Below are positions 21,039 through 31,927 of a stretch of 64,000 nt of DNA, one piece after another. The position numbers were made by a program, and so were the translations under genes. This stretch comes from Gammaproteobacteria bacterium (lineage in GTDB: Bacteria; Pseudomonadota; Gammaproteobacteria; G965277405). Below the pieces are notes generated by a model. That model made no database searches. It saw only the letters and a list, made by a program, of their open reading frames with translations, and had not been told where the DNA came from. The stretch spans positions 832,001 to 896,000 of the forward strand of contig OZ255726.1 of assembly GCA_965277405.1 (NCBI GenBank), written 5' to 3'. Position 1 is the stretch's first letter. Each line of letters opens with the position of its first letter.

Positions 21039-22771
21039 AAGTGTTAATCTGTATATAGAAAAAACCATCCGTAGGGCGATAGTACGTCGTAGTGTCACCA
21101 TTTTCTTGTTAAAATACGATGCTGCTTTTGAGCGATTAACGACTGACTTAAAAGATATGTATACGCGGGCGTGGAGTGATACTGCCAAGAGTGGGATTGC
21201 CAGAGCTCTTGATGTAAGTCGTGATTTGGGGACGACAATCGCCAAGGAGGATATTGATGTTATCTATAAGGTATTGGCCAATGATTTAGGTGGCGATGCA
21301 ATGGTTGCGGCATTGCGCAAACCAATTATCAATCTGGGTGGTGCGTTGTATAAAAATAGGCGCCAAAGAAGTAGCGGTTGATATTGGTTTTCAAACTGTC
21401 GATTTTGATGCGCTAGAGCAAATCCATACTAGCAATCTGTTTTGGGTTGGGCAGCATTGGGACAGTCATACCAGCAAAATTATTAACAGCAAGTTAGATG
21501 CTTTATTTACCGACGGCATGACTCAACCGCAATTGGCCAAGGCTCTAGCGCACGGCTTAGCTGATGTCGTTGATAAAAGCAGTGCGTATTGGCATATGCT
21601 GGCAGATCATACTGCGACAAAAACCCGTGAGATGGGTCGAGTGACAGGCTATTAACGCGCTGGGATTCAATATGTAAAAGTACAGGCGTATCTAGACGAT
21701 AAAACGTCTGCGGTGTGCCGTGAATTGCACGGTACCATTATCCCAGTCACCCAATTAACACAACAACGCCATAGATATTTAGCTGCTACTAATAACAAAG
21801 ATGCCGATGCTGCAAAATCAGCTTGGAAAATGTTTAGTACCACAACTCCTGTCGATCACAGCGCAGGTTCACCACCGTATCATTTTAATTGCCGCACCAT
21901 CACGGTTGCGTATCAGCCAACAGGTGGTGGGCATTGGCAGCCAGAACAGACGACAACAGCGGCTACAAACCCTGTTGCGAGCTTTACAAACAGCAGTGAT
22001 CCAAAGCTCTACGAGCGTGAAGGTACAAAGGTGCGCGAGGGCATTTTCAACAGCAAAATGCGCAACGGTAAAACGTTCCTTGATGGGCTTGTCGATGTGC
22101 AAAACTCACAGGATTTTGCTAAATCAGGACAGCTATATATCGGCGAATTTCAAGAGCAGTTGTTGGCGCGATTAGCGGCAGTGCGTGGCATTAACAACGT
22201 GGCACTGGTGAAAGGTAACGGCAAAGGCGCGAAATTGGTGCGAGAAGCCTCGCAACGTTATCCAGATGACTGGACGGATAAGACCAATGAGCTGGGGGAG
22301 TTGAGTGCGAAAGCACTTAGTACTAGAGGGTACTATAGTAGATATCAGAATCTGATCGTAGCTAATAATCATCATACCGCAACGCACGAATATGCACATC
22401 ACCTGCAACGCGGTGTTCCAGAACTCGATAAAGTATTTCAATCAGTACATAAGCAACGCACGCGAGGAGATAAATTGGAAGCATTACGTACTGTGACTAG
22501 CATTACAAAATACGCGTGGTCTGAGGTTGCTCGCAAAGATGGATATTATGACCCGTATGTTGGACGAGAATATAGTAATGATCCTGATGCGCCTGCTCAA
22601 GAAGTGCTTACAATGTCTTTTGATAAACTTCTTGGTAAAGTCGACAAAGGTTCTACGCGGCAATCTGTACGACGCGCAGAGCATGATACTAAACTTTTTT
22701 TTGATTTTATCCGCATCGACCAGCCACTATTCGACACCGCACTCGGACTACTGTTTACATACAAACCATGA
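21025..22771 (+). pseudogene. MuF (SPP1 gp7-like head morphogenesis) protein with C-terminal HExxH domain, allele A; frameshift at A5 21352-21356 and in-frame TAA at 21653
   Basis: DDKTSAVCRELHG...PPYHFNCRT MuF signature; THEYAHHLQ; the TAA corresponds to CAA in the other copy. Confidence 0.8.
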
Positions 22772-23070
22772 AGAAATTATATAAGCTCAAGTCTATAGAC
22801 AAAGTCTATTTAGACGTTGAATTCACCTTTGATTATAAAATCCAACTCTTTTCTGGCAAAGATGCGTCCATGTTGCAAGATATGCTTGATGAGTCCAAAA
22901 AAAAAGGCTGGTACGAAGTACCACCGCCCACCTCTTTCATTAGATTGCCAGCTAAAGTAAATGAAGAAGACCTAGGGTATTTTTTAAGTTACCATTGGGA
23001 TGTTTTTGGTCAACTCTTACCAGACGATGAACACGCAGCTGCGGTACGCAGCAATGACATTGTCTACTAA
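22768..23070 (+). CDS. Small protein coupled to MuF allele A, putative immunity protein
   Basis: ATGA overlap with the MuF stop; 100 aa; divergent paralog at 38353-38652. Confidence 0.65.
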   Translation: MKKLYKLKSIDKVYLDVEFTFDYKIQLFSGKDASMLQDMLDESKKKGWYEVPPPTSFIRLPAKVNEEDLGYFLSYHWDVFGQLLPDDEHAAAVRSNDIVY

Positions 23071-23400
23071 ATCACAATCACATCATGGTTGCAAATCACA
23101 CCTAAAAAATACCATTTTTAAACAAGCTTTATCGTGCTGCAATAGCACGTTAAAATATCGCCTTTTCATCACGTTTTTTAACGTAAAAATATCGTTTTTT
23201 AAACACGCTTTTTTACGTTAAATTTTACGTTTTTGCAAAGCAGTAATCCCCGTAAAACCTCGATAAACGCTACAATTATTGCCGAAGAGTGCACAAAACG
23301 GAAGCAAACGGTAATAATTCCCCTACCATCCTACAACCTAAGCGCCATAAGGGATTCACGCTACAACCCGCATAAAATCAACAAATTTGCTCAACTGTAG

Positions 23401-23449
23401 AGTCTCATTTATTGACAACTTACAGTCTCATTTATTCCCATCCCCCCTA
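23401..23449. repeat. Two AGTCTCATTTATT direct repeats ending in CCCCCCTA; possible transposable-phage end
   Basis: Repeats at 23401-23413 and 23424-23436; also present in the right arm. Confidence 0.45.
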
Positions 23450-24152
23450 TTAGTGCGTCCAAAACATAGAAAATTCAGCAAAAATGCATGAAAGACAATA
23501 AAAAATGAATAAAAACAGCTTCTCAATCCTGGTCAAGAGCAAAAACAGGATGAAGAGCTGCAGCTACAAATGTGGTGTTTGTGTGATGTTACGACAGAAA
23601 CCGCGACTGTGTATCCATCTCTTCTATACAGTATTAATGTCCCGTATAAAAAAAACAGGGAATACAGGGGCACAACGTTCAGAGCAAAGACGCAAATTAA
23701 ATGCGGCACTGATGAAGCGCTAAAGAGCGTATGATGAATACTAAATGTCTCAATTTGCAAGCAAAACTACATAACAGTCAGTCAAATTTCCTGCCATTGC
23801 GGGCTGCAAACGGGTTGCTATTAACTACAAGGAGTTGAAAACACTCAGAAAATAGCGGTACCTATACGTAGTGTTTGCTCTAAATCGCAACAAGTATACC
23901 AGACCAGCAGGCAGGTATGGCACCCTTGGCGACGATATAACACAACACCGATTGTATATACAAAATAGTTTTGTTGTATATAATATACGGATAGTGTGTA
24001 ACAACAATACAAACTCACTATGTGATGTGTTGTAGTTATTCATTTATTCAAATACTGGGTATTCCTAGTAATTATAGCAACAAGAATGTGACTATCATTG
24101 ATATTGTTGCTTTACAAACTTCGCTGTATATGCGAGGAGAATGGAGTAAATC

Positions 24153-24650
24153 ATGAGTAATAAATTAGTATTAGATCGCTATGATCGTAGAATTCTCGCC
24201 CACCTTAAAGACAACGCCAGAATCCCTATTGCGCATATTTCACGCAGCATTGGGCTTTCAAGAAGTGCTGTCAATCAACGGTTAAGTAAGCTAGAAGATT
24301 TAAGGGTTATCCGTGGCTATCACACAATTTTTGGCAATACCAATGTTGCTCGTACCATCGATGCCTTCATTACCATTAAGCTCGGTGGATTAGAGTTTGA
24401 TACATTTAAGCGCAAATTGCTTGATATAAGCGAAGTGTATGCAATTTATCATGTCAGTGGATTTTTTGATGTGTTGTTGCATGTCCAAGTTGATGAAATC
24501 GAACAGATTAACCGTGTTCGTGACTTTCTTGTCAAAAACCTTATCCACCATGAAAATCACATAGATATTCATGCGGTTATCAGCACCACGATGGTCAAGC
24601 ATTTGGCACAGCATCAAGACAAAAATTTTGATGATTTGTTTCTTGACTGA
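24153..24650 (+). CDS. Lrp/AsnC-family transcriptional regulator, copy 1
   Basis: LDRYDRRILAHLKDNARIP, IGLSRSAVNQRLSKLE, VSGFFD. Confidence 0.92.
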   Translation: MSNKLVLDRYDRRILAHLKDNARIPIAHISRSIGLSRSAVNQRLSKLEDLRVIRGYHTIFGNTNVARTIDAFITIKLGGLEFDTFKRKLLDISEVYAIYHVSGFFDVLLHVQVDEIEQINRVRDFLVKNLIHHENHIDIHAVISTTMVKHLAQHQDKNFDDLFLD

Positions 24651-24665
24651 TAACTCAATTGTAGC

Positions 24666-24714
24666 TCTGCATCGGCAAGTTCAGATTACGTTGCTGATGC
24701 AGATGCGTTTTGTT
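24666..24714 (+). terminator. Putative terminator hairpin after lrp
   Basis: TCTGCATCGGCAA/TTGCTGATGCAGA stem followed by a T-rich tract. Confidence 0.4.
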
Positions 24715-24738
24715 GGCTTGCAAGCGCTGCATGAATGA

Positions 24739-25129
24739 AGACAACTGCAATACCCTCTCATTTTTTGCTTTGAAGCGTGGGAAATCGTAAATTGGGTGTT
24801 TCTACTAAAAAAACACAGAATGCGCCGAAAATGGTGCATATATGCCCATTTATCCGGTCTTTTTTGGTCCTATTTCCCACCATTTAAGAGCAATACTGCT
24901 GCTGTTGTTGATATAAGTTGCGATCCCTTTTCAAGTTATACGCCATTGCCTTCAACCTCAGCATCGACTTTGGCTATGCCAAGATATCGTGCGCTGGAGA
25001 CCATACACCCTTGTCATTGTGGCGAAAGTTCGCTCGACTACAAATTTGATGATGTCAGCCTTTTGCCAGTGTGGCATTTGTTTACCGCGTGGCTTTTTCC
25101 GCATAATTCCATCATCAATGTGCTTATCA
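24739..25129 (-). mobile_element. IS1106-like (IS5 family) 3' remnant
   Basis: Homologous to 33720-34121 and 36317-36718; end AAGACAACTGCAATACCC. Confidence 0.75.
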
Positions 25130-25180
25130 TGTAGCAGCGCATTTGGTTTACGAACTTTCTGTACTGGTTTGCGGAAACGG
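25130..25180. mobile_element. Putative Mu-like prophage terminus
   Basis: IS homology stops exactly at 25129 and TGTAG begins; repeated TGGTTT(A/G)CG; next to Dam and tail genes. Confidence 0.5.
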
Positions 25181-25225
25181 TTTTAACGTGTCCGACGCAC
25201 CATGGCGACGTTTTTTCCGTTTTTA

Positions 25226-25995
25226 CTACCAATTCCAGATCAGTAGCCCTTTGGCTTGGCTGCCCTTGCGCCCACCCATTGTGTATCTAATGCCAAGAGA
25301 ACGCATGGACAGACCCTCGCAAGCAGCTCTCATCTCTGGAATATCGTTGACCGATATAATCATTCTGCCTTGAACAATTCGGGCCAGCTCTGCCATCAGT
25401 TTGTATTGTTCCAGCCCAAAGTCCATGCCATAACTGGCTGTGCCCCAGTAAGGGGGATCAAGGTGAAACAGTGTACCCTCCCGATCATATTTCTTCACAC
25501 AATCGGGCCAGTCAAGATGCTCGATATAGACTCTGTCCACCCGCAGGTGCGCGGTGAACAGATCTTCCTCAATCCGCAGCAGGTTGAGCTTGGGAGGACT
25601 GACTGCCGAGGTGCCGAAAGTCTGACTGGATACTTTACCACCAAACGCCATCTTCTGGTGGTAGTAGAAGCGGCTAGCGCGTTGGATATCGGTCAGGGTT
25701 TCCAGGGTTGGATGTCTTCTGCCAGAGGTACTCCCAACGGCTGACCAGAGCCCATTTGCAAGGCCTTAAAAACTCCTCTAAATGGTGTTTAACGACCCTA
25801 TAAAGGTTCACCAGTCCGCCGTTGCAGTCGTTCAGAACCGCGACGGATGATTCCAGTTTGTAAAAGAATATGGCAGCTCCGCCACAGAACGGTTCCACAT
25901 TGGTTTTGTGCACCTTAAATAGAGGTAGTATTTCCTTGGCTAGGCGTCTTTTGCCGCCCATCAAGGGGATAATTGGTTGTGGTCTCAACGTGAAC
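25226..25995 (-). pseudogene. Phage-type DNA adenine methylase (D12 class), frameshifted near 25700
   Basis: MGGKRRLA, VEPFCGGAA, NDCNGGLVNLY in one frame; FHLDPPY in another. Confidence 0.85.
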
Positions 25996-26137
25996 ATCCT
26001 TAATATTTTTGATAAGCTCACCCATGCCGTGTTCACGGTGGGGAATACTTGGTTGGTTCACGGTACTTTTGCTACCGTGGCTTGACGACCACTTTAGGTG
26101 CTGCTGTACCTTTGGTGGTCGCTTTCTTTTTTTTCTC

Positions 26138-26808
26138 TTAGCGTTTCGGTGTTTCTGCCTCCACGCTGGTGCTGTACCCGCTGTCGCTGAATTCGTGATT
26201 GACTTGAGTCACTACCCAGTCACCCGCCACGCCGGTTCTGAATCCTGATAATGTCACCTTGGCTTCTGCTGCTAAGAGTGGGTTTCCCTGTTTCAATGTC
26301 ACACTGGCGGTGGCCAGACCACGGTTGAGAGCATCCAGCTTGCCTTGCGCGGCAGCTCTGGCAGTTTCAGCATCCTAGTAGTTATGGCGCAGGGTATAAA
26401 CTGGTTTGCTGTCTCCCACTCGCACTGGTGTACGGGTACCTGTTGCTGTGTTGTGCCAGTGAGCCAGCACGGTTGCATATTTACCTCGATCAGCCATGGT
26501 TATTCGATGGTCGCTGGTTTGGTTGCGGCTGATGACCACTGCTGGAATTGTCTTGCCAGTAGCGCTTTTAGCTTCACCTTTCTGGACAAACAGCAAAAAG
26601 CCTCCGACAGGCTTAGCTACGGCGTCATATTGCTTGGCTAGCCGTGTCAACAGATGCAGATCGGACTCTTCGGTTTGATCCAGATGGGGAAGGTTGGTCG
26701 CACTATCAATTTTCCGACACTTGATTCCAGTTGATGTTCAGCCGCGATGGTACTGACCAGATTGTTAATGGTGATGTCATCCCAGGAGCGGGTTTTGTGC
26801 TCCTTTAA
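26138..26808 (-). pseudogene. Phage late-control D / tail hub protein fragment
   Basis: KTRSWDDITI, HLDQTEESDLHLLTRLAKQYDAVAK, LSGFRTGVAGDW...GYSTSVE; internal stop; 5' end removed at the IS boundary. Confidence 0.8.
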
Positions 26809-26839
26809 CAGGCTGTTGAAAAACACACCCCTTCCTTAA

Positions 26840-28068
26840 GGAAGCTCTGATTAAGACTCGCATATATTCCAATAACTCGCATATACTCCAAAAAAGTAAT
26901 AGCAATAATTTTCAATGGTCAATATTTGATCATTTCGCTGATCTTCGTGTTGCTGTTTTACTGTTTTTTACTGTTTTTATTGTTTTTTACTGTTTTTCTT
27001 GAATTTTGGGCGGTTCTATCCTGTTAGTCGTCCTCGCAGCATGTATAAGTTCGTCAATGCCAGCAAAGAAAATACTTGTACTCGATTCTTTTCTAGTCCT
27101 TTGTAGCGAGCTTTCTTATAACCAAACTGACATTTGATTACCCGAAAACAGTGCTCAATCCGGGCGCGCACCTTAGAGTTCTGTGTATTGCGTTGGCGCT
27201 GCGAGGTGCTCATTTGCTGCTTTGGCTTGCGTTTATCATTCACACGCCAATCTATCCCAAGATGACGCGAGCCGCGTTTATAACTGTCGCTCGTATATCC
27301 TGCATCGGCAAAGATAACCTTATCTGTTTCACGCAGCAATTTGGGGAGTTCATTGATGTCAGCTTCATTCGCGGCTGTGGTGGTAGGCATTGCCGCGCTA
27401 TGAATCATATTGCTATTAGCGTCAGTTCCTATATGAATCTTCATGCCAAAATACCACTGATTGCCTTTCCTTGTTTGATGCATTTCAGGATCACGGGCTT
27501 TCTCTTTATTCTTCGTAGATGATGGTGCGTGGATGATCGTGGCATCAACCATCGACCCTTGTGAGATTGTTATATTATTTTCCATACAATACTCATTCAC
27601 CACAGCAAGTATCTTGACGCTGAGTTGATGTTTTTCTATGATCCTGCGGGCAAGTTCAAGATGGTAGTTTCAGCAGGGATGGCATCGTCTATCAGCTCTA
27701 TCTGGGCAAAACGCCTCATGCTTTCCATGTCATATAGTGCTTCTTCTACCCCTGGGTCTGTTAAGTTGTACCATAGCTGTAAAAAATAAATGCGTAACAT
27801 GGTCTGCATATTAATCGGTGGGCGGCCATTCCCTTTCTTGGGATAATGCGGTTCTATTAACTCTAACAACTGTTGCCATGGAGCTAATTTGTCCATTAAC
27901 TGCAAGAATTTTTCACGTTTTGTTGTTACTTTCTTGTGGTCGTATGCAGCACTGGCAAAAGTTGTTTGTTTCATAAGATTATCCGCTTATTCAAATATTC
28001 AAATAGATTCACCATTGTATATCTTTGTAGCTGATATTGCTGTTGTTTGGGACTTAATCAGAGATTCC
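26840..28068 (-). mobile_element. IS5-family element, copy 3; transposase frameshifted
   Basis: Both IRs; ORFs 27636-27974 and 27016-27603. Confidence 0.95.
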
Positions 28069-28072
28069 CTAA

Positions 28073-29292
28073 GGAAGCTCTGATTAAGACTCGCATATAC
28101 TCCAAGAACTCGCATATACTCCAAAAAAGTAATAGCAATAATTTTCAATGGTCAATATTTGACGATTTCGCTGATCTTCTGTTGCTGTTTTACTGTTTTT
28201 TACTGTTTTTTACTGTTTTTCTTGAATTTTTGGCGGTTCTATCCTGTTAGCCGTCCTCGAAGCATGTACAAGTTCGTCAATGCAAGCAAAGAAAATACTT
28301 GTACTCGGTTCTTTTCTAGTCCTTTGTAGCGAGCTTTCTTATAACCAAACTGACATTTGATTACCCGAAAACAGTGCTCAATCCGTGCGCGCACCTTAGA
28401 GTTCTGTGTATTGCGTTGGCGCTGCGAGCCGCTCATTTGCTGCTGTGGCTTGCGTTTATCATTCACACGCCAATCTATCCCAAGGTGACGCGAGCCGCGT
28501 TTATAACTGTCGCTCGTATATCCTGCATCGGCAAAGATAACCTTGTCTGTTTTACGCAGCAATTTGTGGAGTTCATTGATGTCCGCTTCATTCGCGGCTG
28601 TGGTGGTAGGCATTGCCGCGCTATGAATCATATTGCTATTAGCGTCAGTTCCTATATGAATCTTCATGCCAAAATACCACTGATTGCCTTTGCGGGTTTG
28701 ATGCATTTCAGGATCCCGTTTTTTCTCTTTATTCTTCGTAGATGATGGCGCATTGATGGTCGTGGCATCAACCATTGTCCCTTGTGAGATTATTATATTA
28801 TTTTCCATACAATACTCATTCACCACAGCAAGTATCTTTACGCTGAGTTGATGTTTTTCTATGATCCTGCGGGCCAGTTCAAGATGGTGGTTTCATCAGG
28901 GATGGCATCGTCTATCAGCTCTATCTGGGCAAAACGCCGCATGCTTCCCATGTCTACAGTGCTTCTGCTACGCCTGGGTCTGATAAGTTGTACCATTGCT
29001 GTAAAAAATAAATGCGTAACATGGTCTGCATATTAATCGGTGGGCGGCCATTCCCTTTCTTGGGATAATGCGGTTCTATTAACTCTAACAACTGTTGCCA
29101 TGGAGCTAATTTGTCCATTAACTGCAAGAATTTTTTTTTGTTTCATTGTTACTTTCTTGTGGAAAGTATGCAGCACTGGCAAAAGTTGTTTGTTTCATAA
29201 GATTATCCGCTTATTCAAATATTCAAATAGATTCACCATTGTATATCTTTGTAGCTGATATTGCTGTTGTTTGGGACTTAATCAGAGATTCC
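28073..29292 (-). mobile_element. IS5-family element, copy 4; multiple frameshifts
   Basis: Both IRs; separated from copy 3 by only CTAA. Confidence 0.95.
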
Positions 29293-30662
29293 TTAATAAG
29301 GTATAATGTTTCTTTTCCTGAGATAATTCGATACGAGGAACTGATTTCACCCAAGCTAGAATGTTCAGCACCCTATCGCTGCAAGCGCAGTACCCCAAAA
29401 TCACCCAATTCTCCATATCAAGAAAATGGTCGATGTGGCGTTGTAGGAGATGAAGGGCCACTTCAATACTTTGTATGCCCCAAGCTGACGAGCAGGCATA
29501 CCACTAGAAAAATTATTGCGTGCCCAGTTGTTGATAGTGCTTATCACGATCCGCAGCGAACGTGCGTTGATGGAGCAAATTGGCTATAACCTGATGTTCC
29601 GTTGGTTTGTCGGTTTTTGTATGGATGATGGTATTTGGAATCACTCAACCGTCACCAAAAACCGCGATCGTCTTCTTGCGGGAAATACTGCTGTTAAGTT
29701 TTTCATTCGCATCAAACAACAGGCTGAAACAGCAGGTCTTCTTGCAGACGAACATTTCAGTGTGGATGGAACATTGCTTCATGCGCTGGCATCAGTGAAA
29801 AGCTTCCACAAGCAAGACGACGATGACCACAATTATGGCAGCAGCAACAAACGGATTGATTTCAAAGGCAAGAAACGCCACCGCGCTACCCACCAATCTA
29901 CCACAGATCCCGAAGCGCGCTTTGGCAAGAAAAGCCAAGCCCAAGCGGCAATACCATGTTAGGTGGGCAATATTATGATTGAGAACCGCAATGGTTTGGT
30001 GGTAGACGCACATAGCAAACAGTTCAGCGGCACCGCTGCAACCGATGCTGCGATACCGATGCTGCGATAAAAATGCTTGCCAATATTCCAAGAAATCCCC
30101 AAGTGACATTGGCAGCGGACAAGAAATACGACACCAAAGGCCTTGTCAAGCAATGCCAAGCAATGGCAAGCAATGCCGTGAATTGAGCGTAACGCCCCAC
30201 GTTGCGCAAAACACAGCAAAACGAAGTTCATCAATAGATCAACGAACGACGAGACACCGCGGGTAGCAAACCAGCCAAAAAGTACGCAAACGCATACAAG
30301 AAGTCTTTGGCTGGGCTAAGACTATTGGTGGACTTTGCAAAGGAAAGTATGCGGCTAATAGCAAAGTGAACCATCAATTTGTATTCACCATGGCCGCGTA
30401 TCACTTGCTACGCATGCGCAATCTTGGTGCTGTATCATGCTGATTTGCAACGTCGGCGGACAGCCCACGCCCAACAATTGGAAACGTGGTAGTTTCACAC
30501 GGAATACCACCAAAATCCGCCCTAATAACAGCTGCTGTGCGCTAAAAAATCAATTTTGGCAGTCTTGAGGCTTATATTATACGATAAATTTTCAACAGCC
30601 TGTTAATACGCGTAGCGCATGCATAAAAATGGCGGGATTAAACAAATACTATGGCGATAATC

Positions 30663-31490
30663 TTATGTCCTTATCGTAAAGGCAACTGGGACGACAAACT
30701 GTATCGTCTCACCTTTTAATTCAGCTGGTGGAGCGGGTAGCGGGTCTGCCCTTTTAATCAATGCTAATGTTTCTTGATTTAAGGTCTGATATTTACTAGG
30801 GCGATTTAAACTATAATTAAGCACTGCACCACTGCGGTTAATCACTACCAGAACATACACAATGCCTTGTTGTTTTCTCCGCCTAGCTTTACGTGGGTAG
30901 CGCTTATAATGTTCAAGGTGTCCTAATACATCCGAGCGCCAATTAGCTGGTGCGGGTGAAGCGGTTAAAGAAACCGCCGCGTCTCTTGGCGCAGCAATTT
31001 TTGCTGCTGGAGGCGCCTTAACCGTAGGCGGAGCCATTTCTTGTTGTGCCTGCTCTTGTTGGCGTTCACGTACCACAGGTTTTGGCTGCGGTTTAGCCGT
31101 TGCTGGTAACACGGCAACCGCTGTTTTAATTTCTGGTAATTCTTCTATTTTTTCCTCAGGCTCAGGCTTGGGCTTGGGCTTGGGCTTGGGTTTGGGTTTG
31201 GGTTTGGGCTGTATTTTAGGTTCTGGTTCAATTGGCTCTGGTGGGGTTTGTTGTTGCCGCGGCCCTGGTAACACTGCAATAGGAGGTTGGGGGGGTGCTG
31301 TGGGCGTCGGTGCGAGTTCCAGCATAAACGCAGCCATTGGTTGAGCTGCAATCGCTGTGTTACTAAATGGGTTGTAGCAAAGATATAATACCAGCGCGAC
31401 ATGCACCCCGATGACCGCCGCGAATGAACCAGTCCACCGCGATGGGGAGGAATTGTAAAATGACCTTGTTAGCTTGCCTGTATTGATCAT
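30663..31490 (-). CDS. tonB: Energy transducer TonB
   Basis: N-terminal TM with His, (PK)n spacer, KRYPRKARRRKQQGIV C-domain. Confidence 0.92.
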   Translation of the reverse strand: MINTGKLTRSFYNSSPSRWTGSFAAVIGVHVALVLYLCYNPFSNTAIAAQPMAAFMLELAPTPTAPPQPPIAVLPGPRQQQTPPEPIEPEPKIQPKPKPKPKPKPKPKPEPEEKIEELPEIKTAVAVLPATAKPQPKPVVRERQQEQAQQEMAPPTVKAPPAAKIAAPRDAAVSLTASPAPANWRSDVLGHLEHYKRYPRKARRRKQQGIVYVLVVINRSGAVLNYSLNRPSKYQTLNQETLALIKRADPLPAPPAELKGETIQFVVPVAFTIRT

Positions 31491-31927
31491 GGGGTAACGG
31501 CACCAGCTACTCGCGCAGATTCTAAGGCTACGAGGGCTATTTTTAAGTAGCCTGCGTCGCGCAAGTCATTCATGATTAACATTAGGTCACCGTAGGCAAC
31601 GGTTTTATCAGCTCGTAAAAACAGGCGTTTATCTGTGTTATTTTTGGTGGCTTGATCTAATTCCTGCCTAAGGTTCTCATGTAAAATAATTTTGTTTTTT
31701 AATGCAATAGTAAGGTTTTTTTTAACCGTTAAGTAAACTGGTGTATCAGGGGTTTGGTGTTTTTCGCTATTCGAAGCAGGTAGGTCAACTTTGATATCAA
31801 CAGTTGCAAGTGGCGCCGCTATCATAAAAATAATCAGTAACACCAACATTACATCGATAAAAGGCGTAACATTTATTTCATGGCTTTCAGCCAGTTCCTC
31901 ATCGTGATTTTGGGAATGCATTACCAT
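31487..31927 (-). CDS. exbD: ExbD
   Basis: EINVTPFIDVMLVLLIIFMIAAPL, LRADKTVAYG. Confidence 0.95.
   Translation of the reverse strand: MVMHSQNHDEELAESHEINVTPFIDVMLVLLIIFMIAAPLATVDIKVDLPASNSEKHQTPDTPVYLTVKKNLTIALKNKIILHENLRQELDQATKNNTDKRLFLRADKTVAYGDLMLIMNDLRDAGYLKIALVALESARVAGAVTP

Larger units (their letters stand above)
20835..25129. repeat. Left arm of ~4.3 kb inverted duplication (partner ~36317-40575)
   Basis: Near-identical reverse-complement sequence except ~22310-23130. Confidence 0.93.
26809..30602 (+). mobile_element. Second IS5/IS1182-type element (degenerate transposase ~29330-30440) carrying a nested IS5 dimer
   Basis: IRs CAGGCTGTTGAAAA (26809) / TTTTCAACAGCCTG (30602), TTAA on both sides; LRAQLL..IRSERALMEQIGYNLMFRWFVG, HFSVDGT motifs. 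Confidence 0.85.

Noticed and set aside
22310-23130. Diversity-generating retroelement behind the variable MuF tips
   Set aside because: No reverse transcriptase in the window; differences include indels and do not appear adenine-specific
31160-31212. Hexamer repeats GGCTTG/GGTTTG
   Set aside because: Ordinary Pro-Lys spacer of TonB
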